Positions 20,227-31,135 of a DNA stretch of 64,000 bases are shown here, piece by piece. Within the stretch, counting starts at the first letter, position 1; every line of letters starts with the position of its first letter. The stretch covers positions 2,592,001 through 2,656,000 of the forward strand of contig OY970320.1 in assembly GCA_963716745.1 (NCBI GenBank), in the 5' to 3' direction. The stretch is from an uncultured Gemmatimonadaceae bacterium. GTDB taxonomy: Bacteria > Gemmatimonadota > Gemmatimonadetes > Gemmatimonadales > Gemmatimonadaceae. The notes below the pieces were generated by a model that saw nothing but the letters and a program-made list of their open reading frames with translations, had not been told where the DNA came from and searched no databases. The position numbers and the translations under genes are program-made.

Positions 20227-23200
20227 ATGGGACGTCTTGTCAAGTCAGTTCTCGCGATCGTGTGCGCACTGATCGCGTTGCCCGCTCTGGCGGCAGCGCA
20301 GGAAGGCGCGACGATCAGTGGGCGCGTGACGAGTGAGGCCGGTGCACCACTGAATTCCGCCAACGTGTTCCTCGAAGGCATGAACATCGGAACGCTGGCG
20401 AAGGAAGATGGCCGGTACACGTTCGTCGTGCCCGCAGCCCGCGTGAAGGGGCAGCAGGTGACCGTGACCGCACGCTTGATCGGGTATCGCGCGAAGTCGG
20501 CGACGATCACCCTCGCGGCCGGTGCGATCACGCAGGATTTCGTGTTGGCGACCAATCCGCTCCGCCTCGGCGAAGTGGTGGTCACGGGTGCTGGTACGAC
20601 GACCACCGTCGGCAAGCTGGGCGTCGTGATCAACCAGGTCGATTCGACCGCGATCAGCAACTCCAACGAGTACAACATCGTGAACGCGCTCGCGGCGAAG
20701 GCCCCGAACGTGAAGATCACGAACCAGGCCGGTGACCCGGGCTCGTCTTCCTACATCCAGATCCGCGGCCTCCGGTCGCTGTCTGGTTCGGGACAGCCGC
20801 TGTTCGTCGTCGACGGCACGCCGATCGACAACTCGACGATCTCCACCACGGCGATGACGGGCGGCACGGTGGCCCCGAACCGCGCGGCGGACATCGATCC
20901 GAACGACATCGAATCGGTGGACATTCTGAAGGGTTCGGCGGCGGCCGCGATCTACGGTGCGGCGGCGTCGGACGGTGCGATCCTGATCACGACCAAGACC
21001 GGTAAGTCCGGCGCGACGCGCTTCAGCTTCAACACGCAGCTGCAGCTCAACGACGTGAGCCATGATGTCCCGCTCCAGACGGATTGGGCGCAGGGCAATG
21101 GCGGCGTGACGGATCCGTGCTCCGTGAACCTGACGACGGGCTGCTCGGCGACCAGCATCTCGTACGGCGCGCAGCTCGCGGCGGGCACACAGACGTACAA
21201 TCACTACACCGATCTGTTCCGTGAGGGCGATCAGTGGAACAACAACCTGACGCTGTCGGGCGGCAACGACAAGACGACGTACTTCTTGTCGATGGGCTAC
21301 TCGAACACGCAGGGTGTTATCACGGGCCCGAACAACTGGTACGATCAGTACAATCTGCGCGTCAAGGCGTCGCAGCGGCTGGCTGACCGCGTGGTGGTCA
21401 GCGGCAACATCGCGTACGTCGACACGCACGGCTCGTTCATCCAGCGCGGCTCGAACGTGTCCGGTCTGTTGCTCGGCGGGCTGCGCACGCCGCCGGCGTT
21501 CAACAACCAGCCGTTCCTCGACACGCTGACGGGCCTGCAGCGTTCCTACCGGCATCCGGCGTACTGGCCGGGTTCGCAGGTGTCGTCGCGTGGTTACGAC
21601 AACCCGTTCTTCGTGCTGAACGAGGATCCGGCGACGTCGCAGCTCAACCGCGCGTTCGGCAACGTCGCGATCGATTGGGAAGTGAACGACTGGCTCTCGC
21701 TCAAGGACAACCTGGGTGGGGACTACTACAACGACCAGCGCACGGAAGCGTTGGCGCAGTCGTCGTCCGGCTTCCCGACCGGTTCCGTCACGATCGGCAA
21801 CAACTCGATCTACAGCATCGACAATTACCTCACGGCGACCGGCACGCACACGTTCAGCCCGAACTTCAGCGGTTCGCTGACGCTCGGAACGGACGCGCAG
21901 TCGCAGAGCGTGACGCAGAACTTCACGACCGGCCAGACTCTGGTCGCGCCGACGCCGTACGCGCTCACGAACACGGTCGTCTACGTGCCGGCGACGTTCA
22001 ATTCGCTGATCCATTCGCTCTCGTACTATGCGCATGCGACGGCGGACCTGTACAACCAGCTGTACGTCACGCTCGGTATGCGCCGCGACGGGTTCTCGAC
22101 GTTCGGTGAGAGCGAGCCGTATGCGTGGTATCCGCAGGCCAACGTGGCGTGGACCTTCACGAACGCGCTGGGCAACACGGAGCAGAAGGGTGTGCTGAGC
22201 TTCGGCAAGCTGCGTGTGGGTTACGGCGAGACGGGCAAGCCGCCCGCTCCGTATTCCACGCAGACCGTGCTGGCGGCCGGCGCGTCGAGCTTCTTCGGCT
22301 CCGGCTACGGCGACCTGCTCCTCGGGACGCAGAACGGCAAGGGCGGTCTGTTGACCGGTGGCAATCTCGGCAACAACAACATCCTGCCCGAGCGTGAGAA
22401 GGAACTGGAGGCCGGTGTGGACTTCGGCTTCTTCAATCAGACGGTCGATGCCGGTATCACGTGGTACAAGGAGAACTCGACGGACGTCATTCAGGCGCTG
22501 CCGATTCCGCCTTCCACCGGCTTCTTCGGCGCGCTGTCGAACGCCGCGGCGATCGAGAACAAGGGCTTTGAAGTGACGGCGAACTGGCGTCCGCTGACCA
22601 CCGCGAAGACGTCGCTCGAGTTCGGTGTCACCTGGGGTCAGAACTTCACGGTCGCCACGAACCTGGGCGGCGCGCAGTTCTACTATATCGCCGGCGGCAC
22701 GTTCACCGGCGCGGTGGCCGCGATGTATCTCAACAACGGCCTCGTGATGCAGGGACAGGACTTCATCCGTTGCGGCAAGGGCCTGGGCGACACGGACACC
22801 ACAGGGGGCGCGAACAGCCCCGCGGCGGCTTGCAATGGCGCGCCGAAGAACGCGTTGTACATCGATTCGAACGGCTTCCCGGTCACGGATCCGAACCAGC
22901 AGATCATCGCGAATCCGAATCCGAACTGGATCGGTGGGTTCCACGGCTCCATGCGCTTCGACAAGCTGACCGTCACCTTCCTGGTGGACCACAAGCAGGG
23001 CGGCCAGGTGTGGAACGGAACGCAGGGCGCGTTGGAGTACTTCGGCACGCACAAGATCACGGACATTCGCAATACGAACCAGGTCTTCGGTTCGGCTGGC
23101 TGGTTCCCGGGTGCCGTTGTTGGTCCGGGCGCGGGCATGCCGGTGCTGATCGATCAGGATTGGTTCGAAGGCGACGGTTCAGGCTTCAGCGGTCCGTCGG

Positions 23201-23466
23201 CTCAGAACGTGGAAGACGGCACGTACACGAAGCTCCGCGAGATCGGGGTGCAGTACACCTTCTCCGGTCGCTGGGTCACGCACAATCTCGGTCTGTCGAG
23301 CGTGGACCTTCGCGTCGCTGGTCGCAACCTGTACACCTGGACGAACTACACGGGTGTTGATCCCGAGACGAACCTCGCGGGAGCCGGTGCCACGTTCCAG
23401 GGCGTCGACTACTTCAACACCCCGCAGACCAGGTCGTTCGTTCTGTCCATCGGCCTGAACCGCTAG
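20227..23466 (+). CDS. SusC/RagA family TonB-dependent outer-membrane receptor
   Basis: CarboxypepD_reg-like N-domain, plug QPLFVVDG...DIDPNDIESVDILKGSAAAAIYG, C-terminal GRNLYTWTNYTGVDPE; AGGAGG RBS. Confidence 0.95.
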   Translation: MGRLVKSVLAIVCALIALPALAAAQEGATISGRVTSEAGAPLNSANVFLEGMNIGTLAKEDGRYTFVVPAARVKGQQVTVTARLIGYRAKSATITLAAGAITQDFVLATNPLRLGEVVVTGAGTTTTVGKLGVVINQVDSTAISNSNEYNIVNALAAKAPNVKITNQAGDPGSSSYIQIRGLRSLSGSGQPLFVVDGTPIDNSTISTTAMTGGTVAPNRAADIDPNDIESVDILKGSAAAAIYGAAASDGAILITTKTGKSGATRFSFNTQLQLNDVSHDVPLQTDWAQGNGGVTDPCSVNLTTGCSATSISYGAQLAAGTQTYNHYTDLFREGDQWNNNLTLSGGNDKTTYFLSMGYSNTQGVITGPNNWYDQYNLRVKASQRLADRVVVSGNIAYVDTHGSFIQRGSNVSGLLLGGLRTPPAFNNQPFLDTLTGLQRSYRHPAYWPGSQVSSRGYDNPFFVLNEDPATSQLNRAFGNVAIDWEVNDWLSLKDNLGGDYYNDQRTEALAQSSSGFPTGSVTIGNNSIYSIDNYLTATGTHTFSPNFSGSLTLGTDAQSQSVTQNFTTGQTLVAPTPYALTNTVVYVPATFNSLIHSLSYYAHATADLYNQLYVTLGMRRDGFSTFGESEPYAWYPQANVAWTFTNALGNTEQKGVLSFGKLRVGYGETGKPPAPYSTQTVLAAGASSFFGSGYGDLLLGTQNGKGGLLTGGNLGNNNILPEREKELEAGVDFGFFNQTVDAGITWYKENSTDVIQALPIPPSTGFFGALSNAAAIENKGFEVTANWRPLTTAKTSLEFGVTWGQNFTVATNLGGAQFYYIAGGTFTGAVAAMYLNNGLVMQGQDFIRCGKGLGDTDTTGGANSPAAACNGAPKNALYIDSNGFPVTDPNQQIIANPNPNWIGGFHGSMRFDKLTVTFLVDHKQGGQVWNGTQGALEYFGTHKITDIRNTNQVFGSAGWFPGAVVGPGAGMPVLIDQDWFEGDGSGFSGPSAQNVEDGTYTKLREIGVQYTFSGRWVTHNLGLSSVDLRVAGRNLYTWTNYTGVDPETNLAGAGATFQGVDYFNTPQTRSFVLSIGLNR

Positions 23467-23476
23467 GAGACCCCAG

Positions 23477-24898
23477 GTGCATAAACTCATAAAGATCACC
23501 CTCGCAGCCGCGCTGCCCGTTGTCTGGGCAGCCGGTTGCAGCGACTTCCTGAAGGGCGGCGAGTTGACGAACAACCCCAACAACGCCACCCAGGGAAGCG
23601 CCACGAACGACAACCTGTTCATCCCGATCCAGGTGAACTTCGTTGCGCAGCAGAACTCCGAGGTCGCGTGGTCGATCGCCCAGTGGATGCAGTCACTGTA
23701 CGGTCACGCGCGGCAGCAGGTCGGCGTGTACAACTATTCCAATCAGCAGCTGGGAACGGCTGGCTACGATGGCGATTGGAATACGATCTTCACCGGCGGC
23801 GGTCTTGTCGACCTCCGTCAGCTCGAGACGCAGGCCCTGAGCGGCACGGCGCCGGATCACAAGTACAACGGCATCGCGCTGATCATGGAAGCGTGGTTGA
23901 TGGGCAATGCGGCCGACTGGTGGGGTGACATTCCGTACAACCAGGCCAATAACTACTTCGTGTATCCCACGCCGCTCTTTGACGGGCAGCTCGTCGCGTA
24001 CGACAGCGTCGAGGCGAAACTGGATCGGGGGATCTCCGAGCTCACGCTCGGCGGCGTTGGCCCTGGCCCGGGCGTGGATCTCGTGTACAACGGCAACTCG
24101 GCGAAGTGGACCGCGTTGGCCCATACGCTCAAGGCGCGCTTCATGCTCCACGAAGTGCTCGCCGGCAACGCGACGTATGCCAATATCCTGACGGAGGCGG
24201 GTGCGGGCATCGCGTCGAACTCGGGCGACTACACGATCGTTTGGTTCGTGAATGGGATCCAGAACTCGTCGAACAACTGGTGGCAGGAGATGGACGGTGG
24301 TGGTGGAACCGGCCGTTCCGGCGACATCATTGCAGGCATCGCGACGTCGTCATCGGCCGGTGTGCCGCAAGACACCAGCAAGATCGTGAAGATCCTGCGC
24401 GCTGCCTCCGATCCGCGTCTTGGCGAGTACTTTGACGCCAGTAACTCGAACGAGGCGTTCCTGACCGCGTTCCGGCTCAACGCTGGCTACCCGCAGCCGT
24501 TGGCCACGTACAACGAAAACCTGCTCATCATGGCCGAGGCGCAGCTGAACACTGCTGGCGGCCCCGCGGCAGCACTCACGACACTGAGGAACGAACAGAC
24601 CTCGTGGGGAACCGCCACGAACTGGCACAACGCGGTGACCGTTCCGCTGGCGACTGTCGCGAACGACAGCACCATCGGCACGGAGAAGTACATCACGCTG
24701 TTCCAGAACCCCGAGGTATGGAACGACTGGAAGCGCCTCTGCTTCCCGAAGCTCCTGCCGGTCACCCCGAATGCGACGTTCGGGAACACGGTGCCTGCGC
24801 GTATCCTGTACCAGATCACCGAGATCCAGACGAACCCGAACGTGCCGCCGAATACGCCGTTCAACCCGAGCGATACGCGTAAGGGTTGTACGCTCTGA
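23477..24898 (+). CDS. SusD/RagB family lipoprotein
   Basis: Lipobox WAAGC, NNPN, DWWGDIPY, HTLKARF, EKYITLF...EVWNDWKR. Confidence 0.9.
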   Translation: MHKLIKITLAAALPVVWAAGCSDFLKGGELTNNPNNATQGSATNDNLFIPIQVNFVAQQNSEVAWSIAQWMQSLYGHARQQVGVYNYSNQQLGTAGYDGDWNTIFTGGGLVDLRQLETQALSGTAPDHKYNGIALIMEAWLMGNAADWWGDIPYNQANNYFVYPTPLFDGQLVAYDSVEAKLDRGISELTLGGVGPGPGVDLVYNGNSAKWTALAHTLKARFMLHEVLAGNATYANILTEAGAGIASNSGDYTIVWFVNGIQNSSNNWWQEMDGGGGTGRSGDIIAGIATSSSAGVPQDTSKIVKILRAASDPRLGEYFDASNSNEAFLTAFRLNAGYPQPLATYNENLLIMAEAQLNTAGGPAAALTTLRNEQTSWGTATNWHNAVTVPLATVANDSTIGTEKYITLFQNPEVWNDWKRLCFPKLLPVTPNATFGNTVPARILYQITEIQTNPNVPPNTPFNPSDTRKGCTL

Positions 24899-24945
24899 CG
24901 GCGAGCACCACTTTCGCTGGCACGTACGGTAGTTGAAATAAGAAA

Positions 24946-24980
24946 GGCAGCCCGGCCCGGAACGTTCGGGCCGGGCTGTC
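24946..24980 (+). terminator. Hairpin terminator after the SusD gene
   Basis: GGCAGCCCGGCCCG-gaacgtt-CGGGCCGGGCTGTC. Confidence 0.7.
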
Positions 24981-25086
24981 GTACATTCTACAGTATGTTC
25001 AGGCCGGGCGGCGCGGTGCCTTGACGGAGTGCCGCGACGTAAGGCAACTTCAAGTATCCGATATTCTTATCACCCCAAGGGATGCC

Positions 25087-25527
25087 ATGCGCAGATTCGC
25101 CCCCCTCGTCCTCATCGTGGCCTTGGCCGGCTGTTACACCTATGCTCCATATAGAGTCGCGACTCCGGAACCGGGCAAATCGTTGCGCGTGGTGTTGACG
25201 GACACGGGCGGCGACTCGCTTGCCCGGTTCGTGGGGCCGAACGTGGCGACGATCGACGGGAAGCTCGTGCTCGCGAATGACGATGGATTGGAGATCGGCG
25301 TCAAGCAGGTGACGATGCACGACGGTCTGGAGCAGTACTGGAAGGGCGAGACGGTGACGATCCCCAAGCCGTACATCTCGTCGGTCCAGGTGAAGACGTT
25401 CTCGTGGCCGAAGACGGGCCTGCTCGCCGGCATCGTCGTCGTCGCCGTTCTGGCGCTGCAGGGATCGGGCGCGTTGAACGGCGTATTCAACCAGGGCGGG
25501 TGCAAGACCAGCTGCAACCAGCAGTAA
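25087..25527 (+). CDS. Hypothetical lipoprotein
   Basis: Lipobox LAGC, C-terminal hydrophobic helix. Confidence 0.75.
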   Translation: MRRFAPLVLIVALAGCYTYAPYRVATPEPGKSLRVVLTDTGGDSLARFVGPNVATIDGKLVLANDDGLEIGVKQVTMHDGLEQYWKGETVTIPKPYISSVQVKTFSWPKTGLLAGIVVVAVLALQGSGALNGVFNQGGCKTSCNQQ

Positions 25528-25654
25528 TCTCGCCGCGATAGGTGGTTGGTGCTCTACCGGGATTTGACTTCCCGGGTACCTTGAAAGTCTAACAGACGGC
25601 CCCCGCCCACAGCGGAGGCTCTCGTTCCGTTCCATTCCTGATTGCGGAGGCTCC

Positions 25655-26884
25655 ATGCGCACGATGCGGTCGGGTGTCAGCCTCGTCGCCGGCGCACTCA
25701 TGGTCACGATCACCGGCGCGTTCGGCGCCGCGGCGCAGGAGCCTCAGGGCACCGGCGTCACGCCGCCGCCGTCGTACCCCATGACGCGGCAGTTCGGCAC
25801 GGGGTTGGTGGATATCCCAGTCGCGTGGATCTCGCCCTACAATGGCGACGTGTGGATCAACGCGTCGGGCACGGACATTCCAGCATGTGGGAACCCGTGT
25901 GACCTGAACGGCGATGAAAAATGGAATTCCAACCTCTCGTTCGAGACGCACTGGATGCAGCGTTTCACGCTGGGGTTGTCGATCTACAGCAATAATCCCG
26001 AGTGGGGATTCTACGGCCAGTTCCTGGCGCTCACCGAGAAGGAAGGGAGCGCCCGGCCCGCCATCGCGATCGGCTTCCGGAATCTGGGACCGTACACGCA
26101 CGAGGAACGCTTCCTGATCGGTCACGACGTCACCATCGATTCCATGGGCGGCGTGAAGCCGACGAATCCGACCTGGTCGGAAGGGTTCAAGACCGCGCCG
26201 ACCTTCTACGCCGTCGCGACCAAGGACTGGAAGGTCGGCAGCACCGGCACGGTCGGCGCAACGCTCGGATACGGCACCGGGATCTTTAGCGACGACGGCG
26301 GCCTCGGAACCAACTACAACGATAAGGGCACGATCGTGAAGGGGCTCTTCCTGGGCGGGCGCTACGCGTTCCGCCCGTCGGAGAGCACCGCGCTCAACTT
26401 CGTGCTCGAGAACAACGGCTGGGACTGGAACGCGGGCGTGGTGGGCGAGTGGCGGGGGCTCTACCTCGGCTTCTACGCCACCGAGCTCGAAGAGGGCAGC
26501 CAATCGCCCACGAAGGGCAGCCTGTACCAAGTCTACAATTACACCAAGTTCAGCATCGAGATCGGCATCAACACGAACATCTTCCTCGTGAAGGAAGGCA
26601 CCGTGTTGCGGTCGCAGGTGGCCGACCTGCAGCGTGAACAGGCGCAGTTGAACGCGTCGATCTCGCAGAGCAACGCGAAGATCGCGGATCTCGAGAAGCA
26701 ACTGACGAAGGCGCAGGCCGGCGGACTCGCGGAAGTGTCCAAGCGCCGCGAGCAGCTGGACTCGCAGATCCAGGAAGAGAAGGAGTCGATCCGTCGGGCT
26801 GAAGAGCGGCTGCAGCAATTGCAGGGCGCCCAGAAACCGACCCCCCCGCCGCCGCCGCCGGCCGGCGGCACACCGCCGCGTTAA
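25655..26884 (+). CDS. YjbH-like outer-membrane protein with C-terminal coiled coil (paralog 1)
   Basis: Signal peptide, GTGLVDIPVAW resembling the YjbH N-terminal motif, strand-rich core, ~80-aa heptad-rich tail, poly-Pro end. Confidence 0.65.
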   Translation: MRTMRSGVSLVAGALMVTITGAFGAAAQEPQGTGVTPPPSYPMTRQFGTGLVDIPVAWISPYNGDVWINASGTDIPACGNPCDLNGDEKWNSNLSFETHWMQRFTLGLSIYSNNPEWGFYGQFLALTEKEGSARPAIAIGFRNLGPYTHEERFLIGHDVTIDSMGGVKPTNPTWSEGFKTAPTFYAVATKDWKVGSTGTVGATLGYGTGIFSDDGGLGTNYNDKGTIVKGLFLGGRYAFRPSESTALNFVLENNGWDWNAGVVGEWRGLYLGFYATELEEGSQSPTKGSLYQVYNYTKFSIEIGINTNIFLVKEGTVLRSQVADLQREQAQLNASISQSNAKIADLEKQLTKAQAGGLAEVSKRREQLDSQIQEEKESIRRAEERLQQLQGAQKPTPPPPPPAGGTPPR

Positions 26885-26900
26885 CCCTGGGCCACGGACG

Positions 26901-28125
26901 ATGCGTATGAATCGCAACGCGACGATCTTCTTGGTGGGAGCGGCGGCGCTCGCGGTCGCGGCGTTCGCGCCGCGCGCGGGCGCGCAGCAATCCTACCCGC
27001 AAACGCTCTATTGGGGCGCCGGTCTGATCGACATCCCGGTGGCCTGGGTGGCGCCGGTCTCGGGAGACTTCGCCGTTTCCTTCTCAGGCCAGACGTTCAA
27101 CAGCGCCGTCGCCTCGCCGCAGCTCGCGGCGCTCGACGGCTTCAATACCAACGGCGCCTTCTCGCTGTCCTTGTGGAGCCGCCTCGAACTCGGCTTGGCC
27201 ATCTACTCGAACAATCCGGAATGGGGATTCTTCGCCAGCGGTCTCGTGCTGAACGAGGAGAGCTACCGGATGAATAGCGGGGCGTCGCACTGGATCCCCA
27301 GTCTCGCGATCGGCGTGCGCAACGTGGGTCCGTACGATCACGTGGACCGATACACCATCGGCTACGAACTCTTCCCCGGGCCGCCGGCGGGGCCCGTGGT
27401 GGTGCACGAGCCCGATTCGTTGCACCAGAACTTCAAGACCGCGATGACGCTCTACGGCGTCGTCACGAAATCCTTCGCGCTCAATGAGATCAAGCCGACG
27501 TGGGGGATGACGAACATCAGCATCTCCCTCGGCTACGGTGACGGCCTCTTCTCGAACGACGGCGGCCTCGGCCGCGCCTACTCCAATCAGTCGACGGGCG
27601 GGCTCTTCGGCGGCATCAAGGTCGATCTGTATCCGATCCTCATCGAGCGTGCTGTCGTTCATGGTCGAGCAGAACGCGTGGCAGTGGAACCTCGGCGCGA
27701 ACTACGATTACCGCGGCCTCCGCTTCGGCGCATACTGGATGAATCTCTTCCCCGGACAGGCCGACACGGGCGTCGCGGGTCAACTCTACAATTACAGCAA
27801 GTTCGCGCTGTCGCTCAGCTGGCAGAGCAATTTCCTGGGCCTGGTGCACGGCGACTTCCTGCAGAAGCAGCATGCGGAGTTGGCCAAGCAGGTCGAGACG
27901 CTCAAGGGTGAGATCGCCGGTCGCCAGCAGCGGATCGCGGCGCTCGAACTCGAGATCCAACGCTACGAGGCGCAGAACTTGCTCGAGCTGGAGCAGCGCC
28001 GCGCGGCGGCGGAGCAAGCGCTCAGGCAGGAGAAGGACGCGTTGCGGGCGCTCGAGGAGCGTCTGCAGAAGCTCGAACAGAACGCGCCACCGCCGACGAC
28101 CCCGGCGAAGCCGCCCCAGGGATGA
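26901..28125 (+). CDS. YjbH-like outer-membrane protein with C-terminal coiled coil (paralog 2), frameshift near 27636
   Basis: Shares GLIDIPVAW, IYSNNPEWGF, LGYGxG(L/I)FSxDGGLG and YNY(S/T)KF with paralog 1; split across ORFs 26901-27911 and 27538-28125. Confidence 0.65.
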
Positions 28126-28850
28126 GGATCCCACCCGTGCACCTCCAGTCCGTCTCTCGCGCGTTGCGCGTTCTTGGCGTCGCCGTGCTCGTCCCGGCGG
28201 CGCTGCCCGCACAACAGCACGCCGATTCCGCGACCATGCAGCAGGCCTACGAGCAGCGTCGCACCGAACTGCTCAAGGATCTCCAGGAGACCCAGGACTC
28301 GCTCGGCTCCCTGCGGTCGCAGCGCGTGCGGCTCGAATCGCACATCGACAACGTGCTCGCACAGAGCACCGAACAGCGCGCGCAGCAGCTGCTGTTGAGC
28401 GGCGACCTGAACGCGCTCCTGCAGCTCGACGCCGTGCTGGCGCAGGCGCAGGAGAACATGACGGCGCAGCGCGACCGCATGACGGCGCTCGGCGACGCGG
28501 TGCGCAAGCGCTCGGGCGCGGCGCTGGTGGTGCTCTTCCGCGCCGATTCGGCGCCGATGGGCATCGCGACCGCCGTGGAGCTCACGATCGACAATGCGAG
28601 CGCGGCGACGCGCACCTACTCCACGATCGCCCAGACCGCGCTGCACCAGGGCGCGGTGGATGAATTGTACAACGCTGAGATGCTGCCCACGGTCCACACC
28701 GTGCAGGCGAGCGCGACCCTTGGCGGCCAGCCGGTGAGCGCGGCGCTCAACGTGCAGACCGCCCCGAACATGGTCACGTACGTCCAGTTCACGGTGCAGG
28801 ACGGCAAGGTCATCTCGTCGACGTGGACGAGCCAAGGTACCACGCCCTGA
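28122..28850 (+). CDS. Secreted coiled-coil protein with C-terminal beta domain
   Basis: Signal peptide, Q/E/L-rich helices; ATGA overlap with the upstream gene. Confidence 0.7.
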   Translation: MRIPPVHLQSVSRALRVLGVAVLVPAALPAQQHADSATMQQAYEQRRTELLKDLQETQDSLGSLRSQRVRLESHIDNVLAQSTEQRAQQLLLSGDLNALLQLDAVLAQAQENMTAQRDRMTALGDAVRKRSGAALVVLFRADSAPMGIATAVELTIDNASAATRTYSTIAQTALHQGAVDELYNAEMLPTVHTVQASATLGGQPVSAALNVQTAPNMVTYVQFTVQDGKVISSTWTSQGTTP

Positions 28851-28867
28851 TTATCCGGCGGCAGTCG

Positions 28868-31132
28868 ATGCGCATCCTGACGCTCTGTGCAGTCGCCGCG
28901 CTCGGAGCGGCGTCACCGCTCGCGGCGCAGCAGCCGGCGCCCGCGAGTGCGCCGGTGGTCGCGCCCGCCAGCGCGCCGGCCAGCGCGCCGGCCAGTGCTC
29001 CGGCCCGTGCGGACACCGCGCCGCATCCCGCGCCGGGTTCGGGCGCGCTGATGCCCGCGGTCACGCCGGCGCCCGATCAGGCGCGCGGCGTGGATGCCGC
29101 ACTCCGCGCGGCGTTGTTCGATCTCGTCGCCGACCGTCCGCTCACGGCGCTGAGCCGCCTCGAATGGCTCGCGTCGTCCAAGAGCGCGTTGAACGCCGCG
29201 CCGGGCGCGGGCCAGCGCACGCGCGAGGACATGCTGTTCCTGCTCGCGCAGTCGTACTACCGGCTTGGCCTGAGCACCAGCTTCCGTGCCGCCGCGGCAC
29301 AGCTGATCAAGCTCGCGCCCACCAGCCACTACGTACCGCTGATCCAACTGCAGTTGGCGCTCGACGCATATCGCCGCGGTGACTTTGCCGGCGCGCGAGC
29401 CGAGGCCGCCAAGGCGACGGGCGCGCCCGATGGCTCGCTCACGGACTTCGTGTCCGGGCTGTCGGCGTACCAGGGCGGCGATTTCGCGGCGGCGCGAGCC
29501 TCGTTCGCCAAAGTGATCGCGGCGGCGAACCCCGCATACACGCCGTACGCGCAGTACATGGACGCGATCGCGGCGATGCAGGGGGATACGTCGAAGGCCG
29601 CGGCGGCGCTCGAGGCGCTGCGGCCGCTCGCGAACAGCGCGGCCGGACCGTTCGCCGACCAGCTGCGGCTCGCGGCGGCGCGGCTCGCGTTCCAATCGGG
29701 CAAGTTCGACATCGCGGCGCAGCTCGCCGGCCAAGTGCCGGCGTCGAGCGGCCTCGCGCCCGAAGCGGCGTTGGCGCGCGCGTGGTCGCTCTATCGCGCG
29801 GGGCAATACGATTCCTCCGCCGCGATCTTCGGCGACTACGCCACCAAGTGGCCGCAACTGCCGGGACGCGATGAAGCGCGGCTCATGCACGGACAGATCC
29901 TGCTCGAGCAGCACCACGCGGCGGATGCCAATGCGTACTTCACGATCGTGGGTGATTCGCTCGGTGCGGAGATCGCCGTGCTGCAGAGCAAGCTGAACGC
30001 CGCAATGGCCGCGGCGGCGCGCGGACTGGTCGCGGCGCGCGCTTCCGGCGCGCTCTTCGTGCGTGAGGCGGCGACGGGCAAGTCGATGATGCTGGGGCCG
30101 AATGCCGGCGCTGAAGGCAATGTGCTCGTCGCGACCTTCGCGAGTCTGCCGGCGCCCGTGCATGCCGATTCGGCGCCGCCGTCGCTCGTGACCGTGGGCG
30201 ATCTGCAGACGCGCTTCGCTTCCGTCGCGCCGCCGCTGCCCACCGACATCACGATGCGCCCGCTCTATGCGAACGCGTCGGGGCCTGCGGTGTTCGGCGA
30301 CTACTTCCAGCGCGATCAGAATCTCCTCGAGGCCGACCTCAACGTCGCGGTCGGGCGCTACCGCATGCAGGCCGCCACCGGCGACTACGCGATGCGGATC
30401 GCGGCGCTCAAGAATCTTCAGCTGCTGATCACCGAGGGCACGGCGAACCTGAACGAGATGAACAAGCAGATCGCGTTCACGCAGGATTCGCTGTCGCACA
30501 TGAGTGCGAACCTCGTCGCGGCCCGGCAGCAGATGCACCACGCGCTGCTGGTGCAGGCGGCGGCCACGTCGCGGGCGGCCACCGACAACCTGGCGCGGCT
30601 CGACAGCGTGCGTGCCTCGCTGGGGTCGAGCGTGAATCCCGTGGAGTCGGATGTCCTTACCACCGAGGCGCAGACGGCCGCCACGTACCGCCGTCTGGCG
30701 GAGATGGTGACGCGCGGCGCGGACTCGGCGATCGGCCGACACCCGGCGTTCGCGCTCAAGGACTCGATCACCGTGCGCCTCGCGCGCGCCAAAGCGCTGG
30801 CGGAGCAGGGGCAGCAGCTGTTGGTCACGAACGGCGCGGTGGTCGCGGCGGAGTTGGCGCGACTAAACGCCACGGAGAGTGACCGGACGCGTGCCGCACG
30901 CCAGGAGCTTTCCGCCGCCGAGCAGGGCCGCGCGATCGCCGAACTCCGAATGTTCTCGCTGCTGGATGGCGAGCTTCGCGCCCGCGCGACGCAGATGGTG
31001 AACGCGCTCAAGGCGAGCCGCGAAGCCGCCGACTACGGATCCGCGAGCGCGGCCTTCTTCCTCGTGATCGACGCGAAGTCGGGCGGGACCCCGAACGGCA
31101 GCGCGGCACCCGCGCCGGCGCCGGAGAAGTAG
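28868..31132 (+). CDS. Secreted tetratricopeptide-repeat protein with coiled-coil C-terminus
   Basis: Signal peptide, PASA linker, TPR-like helices (LFLLAQSYYRLG, ALARAWSLYRAGQYDSSAAIF). Confidence 0.8.
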   Translation: MRILTLCAVAALGAASPLAAQQPAPASAPVVAPASAPASAPASAPARADTAPHPAPGSGALMPAVTPAPDQARGVDAALRAALFDLVADRPLTALSRLEWLASSKSALNAAPGAGQRTREDMLFLLAQSYYRLGLSTSFRAAAAQLIKLAPTSHYVPLIQLQLALDAYRRGDFAGARAEAAKATGAPDGSLTDFVSGLSAYQGGDFAAARASFAKVIAAANPAYTPYAQYMDAIAAMQGDTSKAAAALEALRPLANSAAGPFADQLRLAAARLAFQSGKFDIAAQLAGQVPASSGLAPEAALARAWSLYRAGQYDSSAAIFGDYATKWPQLPGRDEARLMHGQILLEQHHAADANAYFTIVGDSLGAEIAVLQSKLNAAMAAAARGLVAARASGALFVREAATGKSMMLGPNAGAEGNVLVATFASLPAPVHADSAPPSLVTVGDLQTRFASVAPPLPTDITMRPLYANASGPAVFGDYFQRDQNLLEADLNVAVGRYRMQAATGDYAMRIAALKNLQLLITEGTANLNEMNKQIAFTQDSLSHMSANLVAARQQMHHALLVQAAATSRAATDNLARLDSVRASLGSSVNPVESDVLTTEAQTAATYRRLAEMVTRGADSAIGRHPAFALKDSITVRLARAKALAEQGQQLLVTNGAVVAAELARLNATESDRTRAARQELSAAEQGRAIAELRMFSLLDGELRARATQMVNALKASREAADYGSASAAFFLVIDAKSGGTPNGSAAPAPAPEK

Positions 31133-31135
31133 CCA

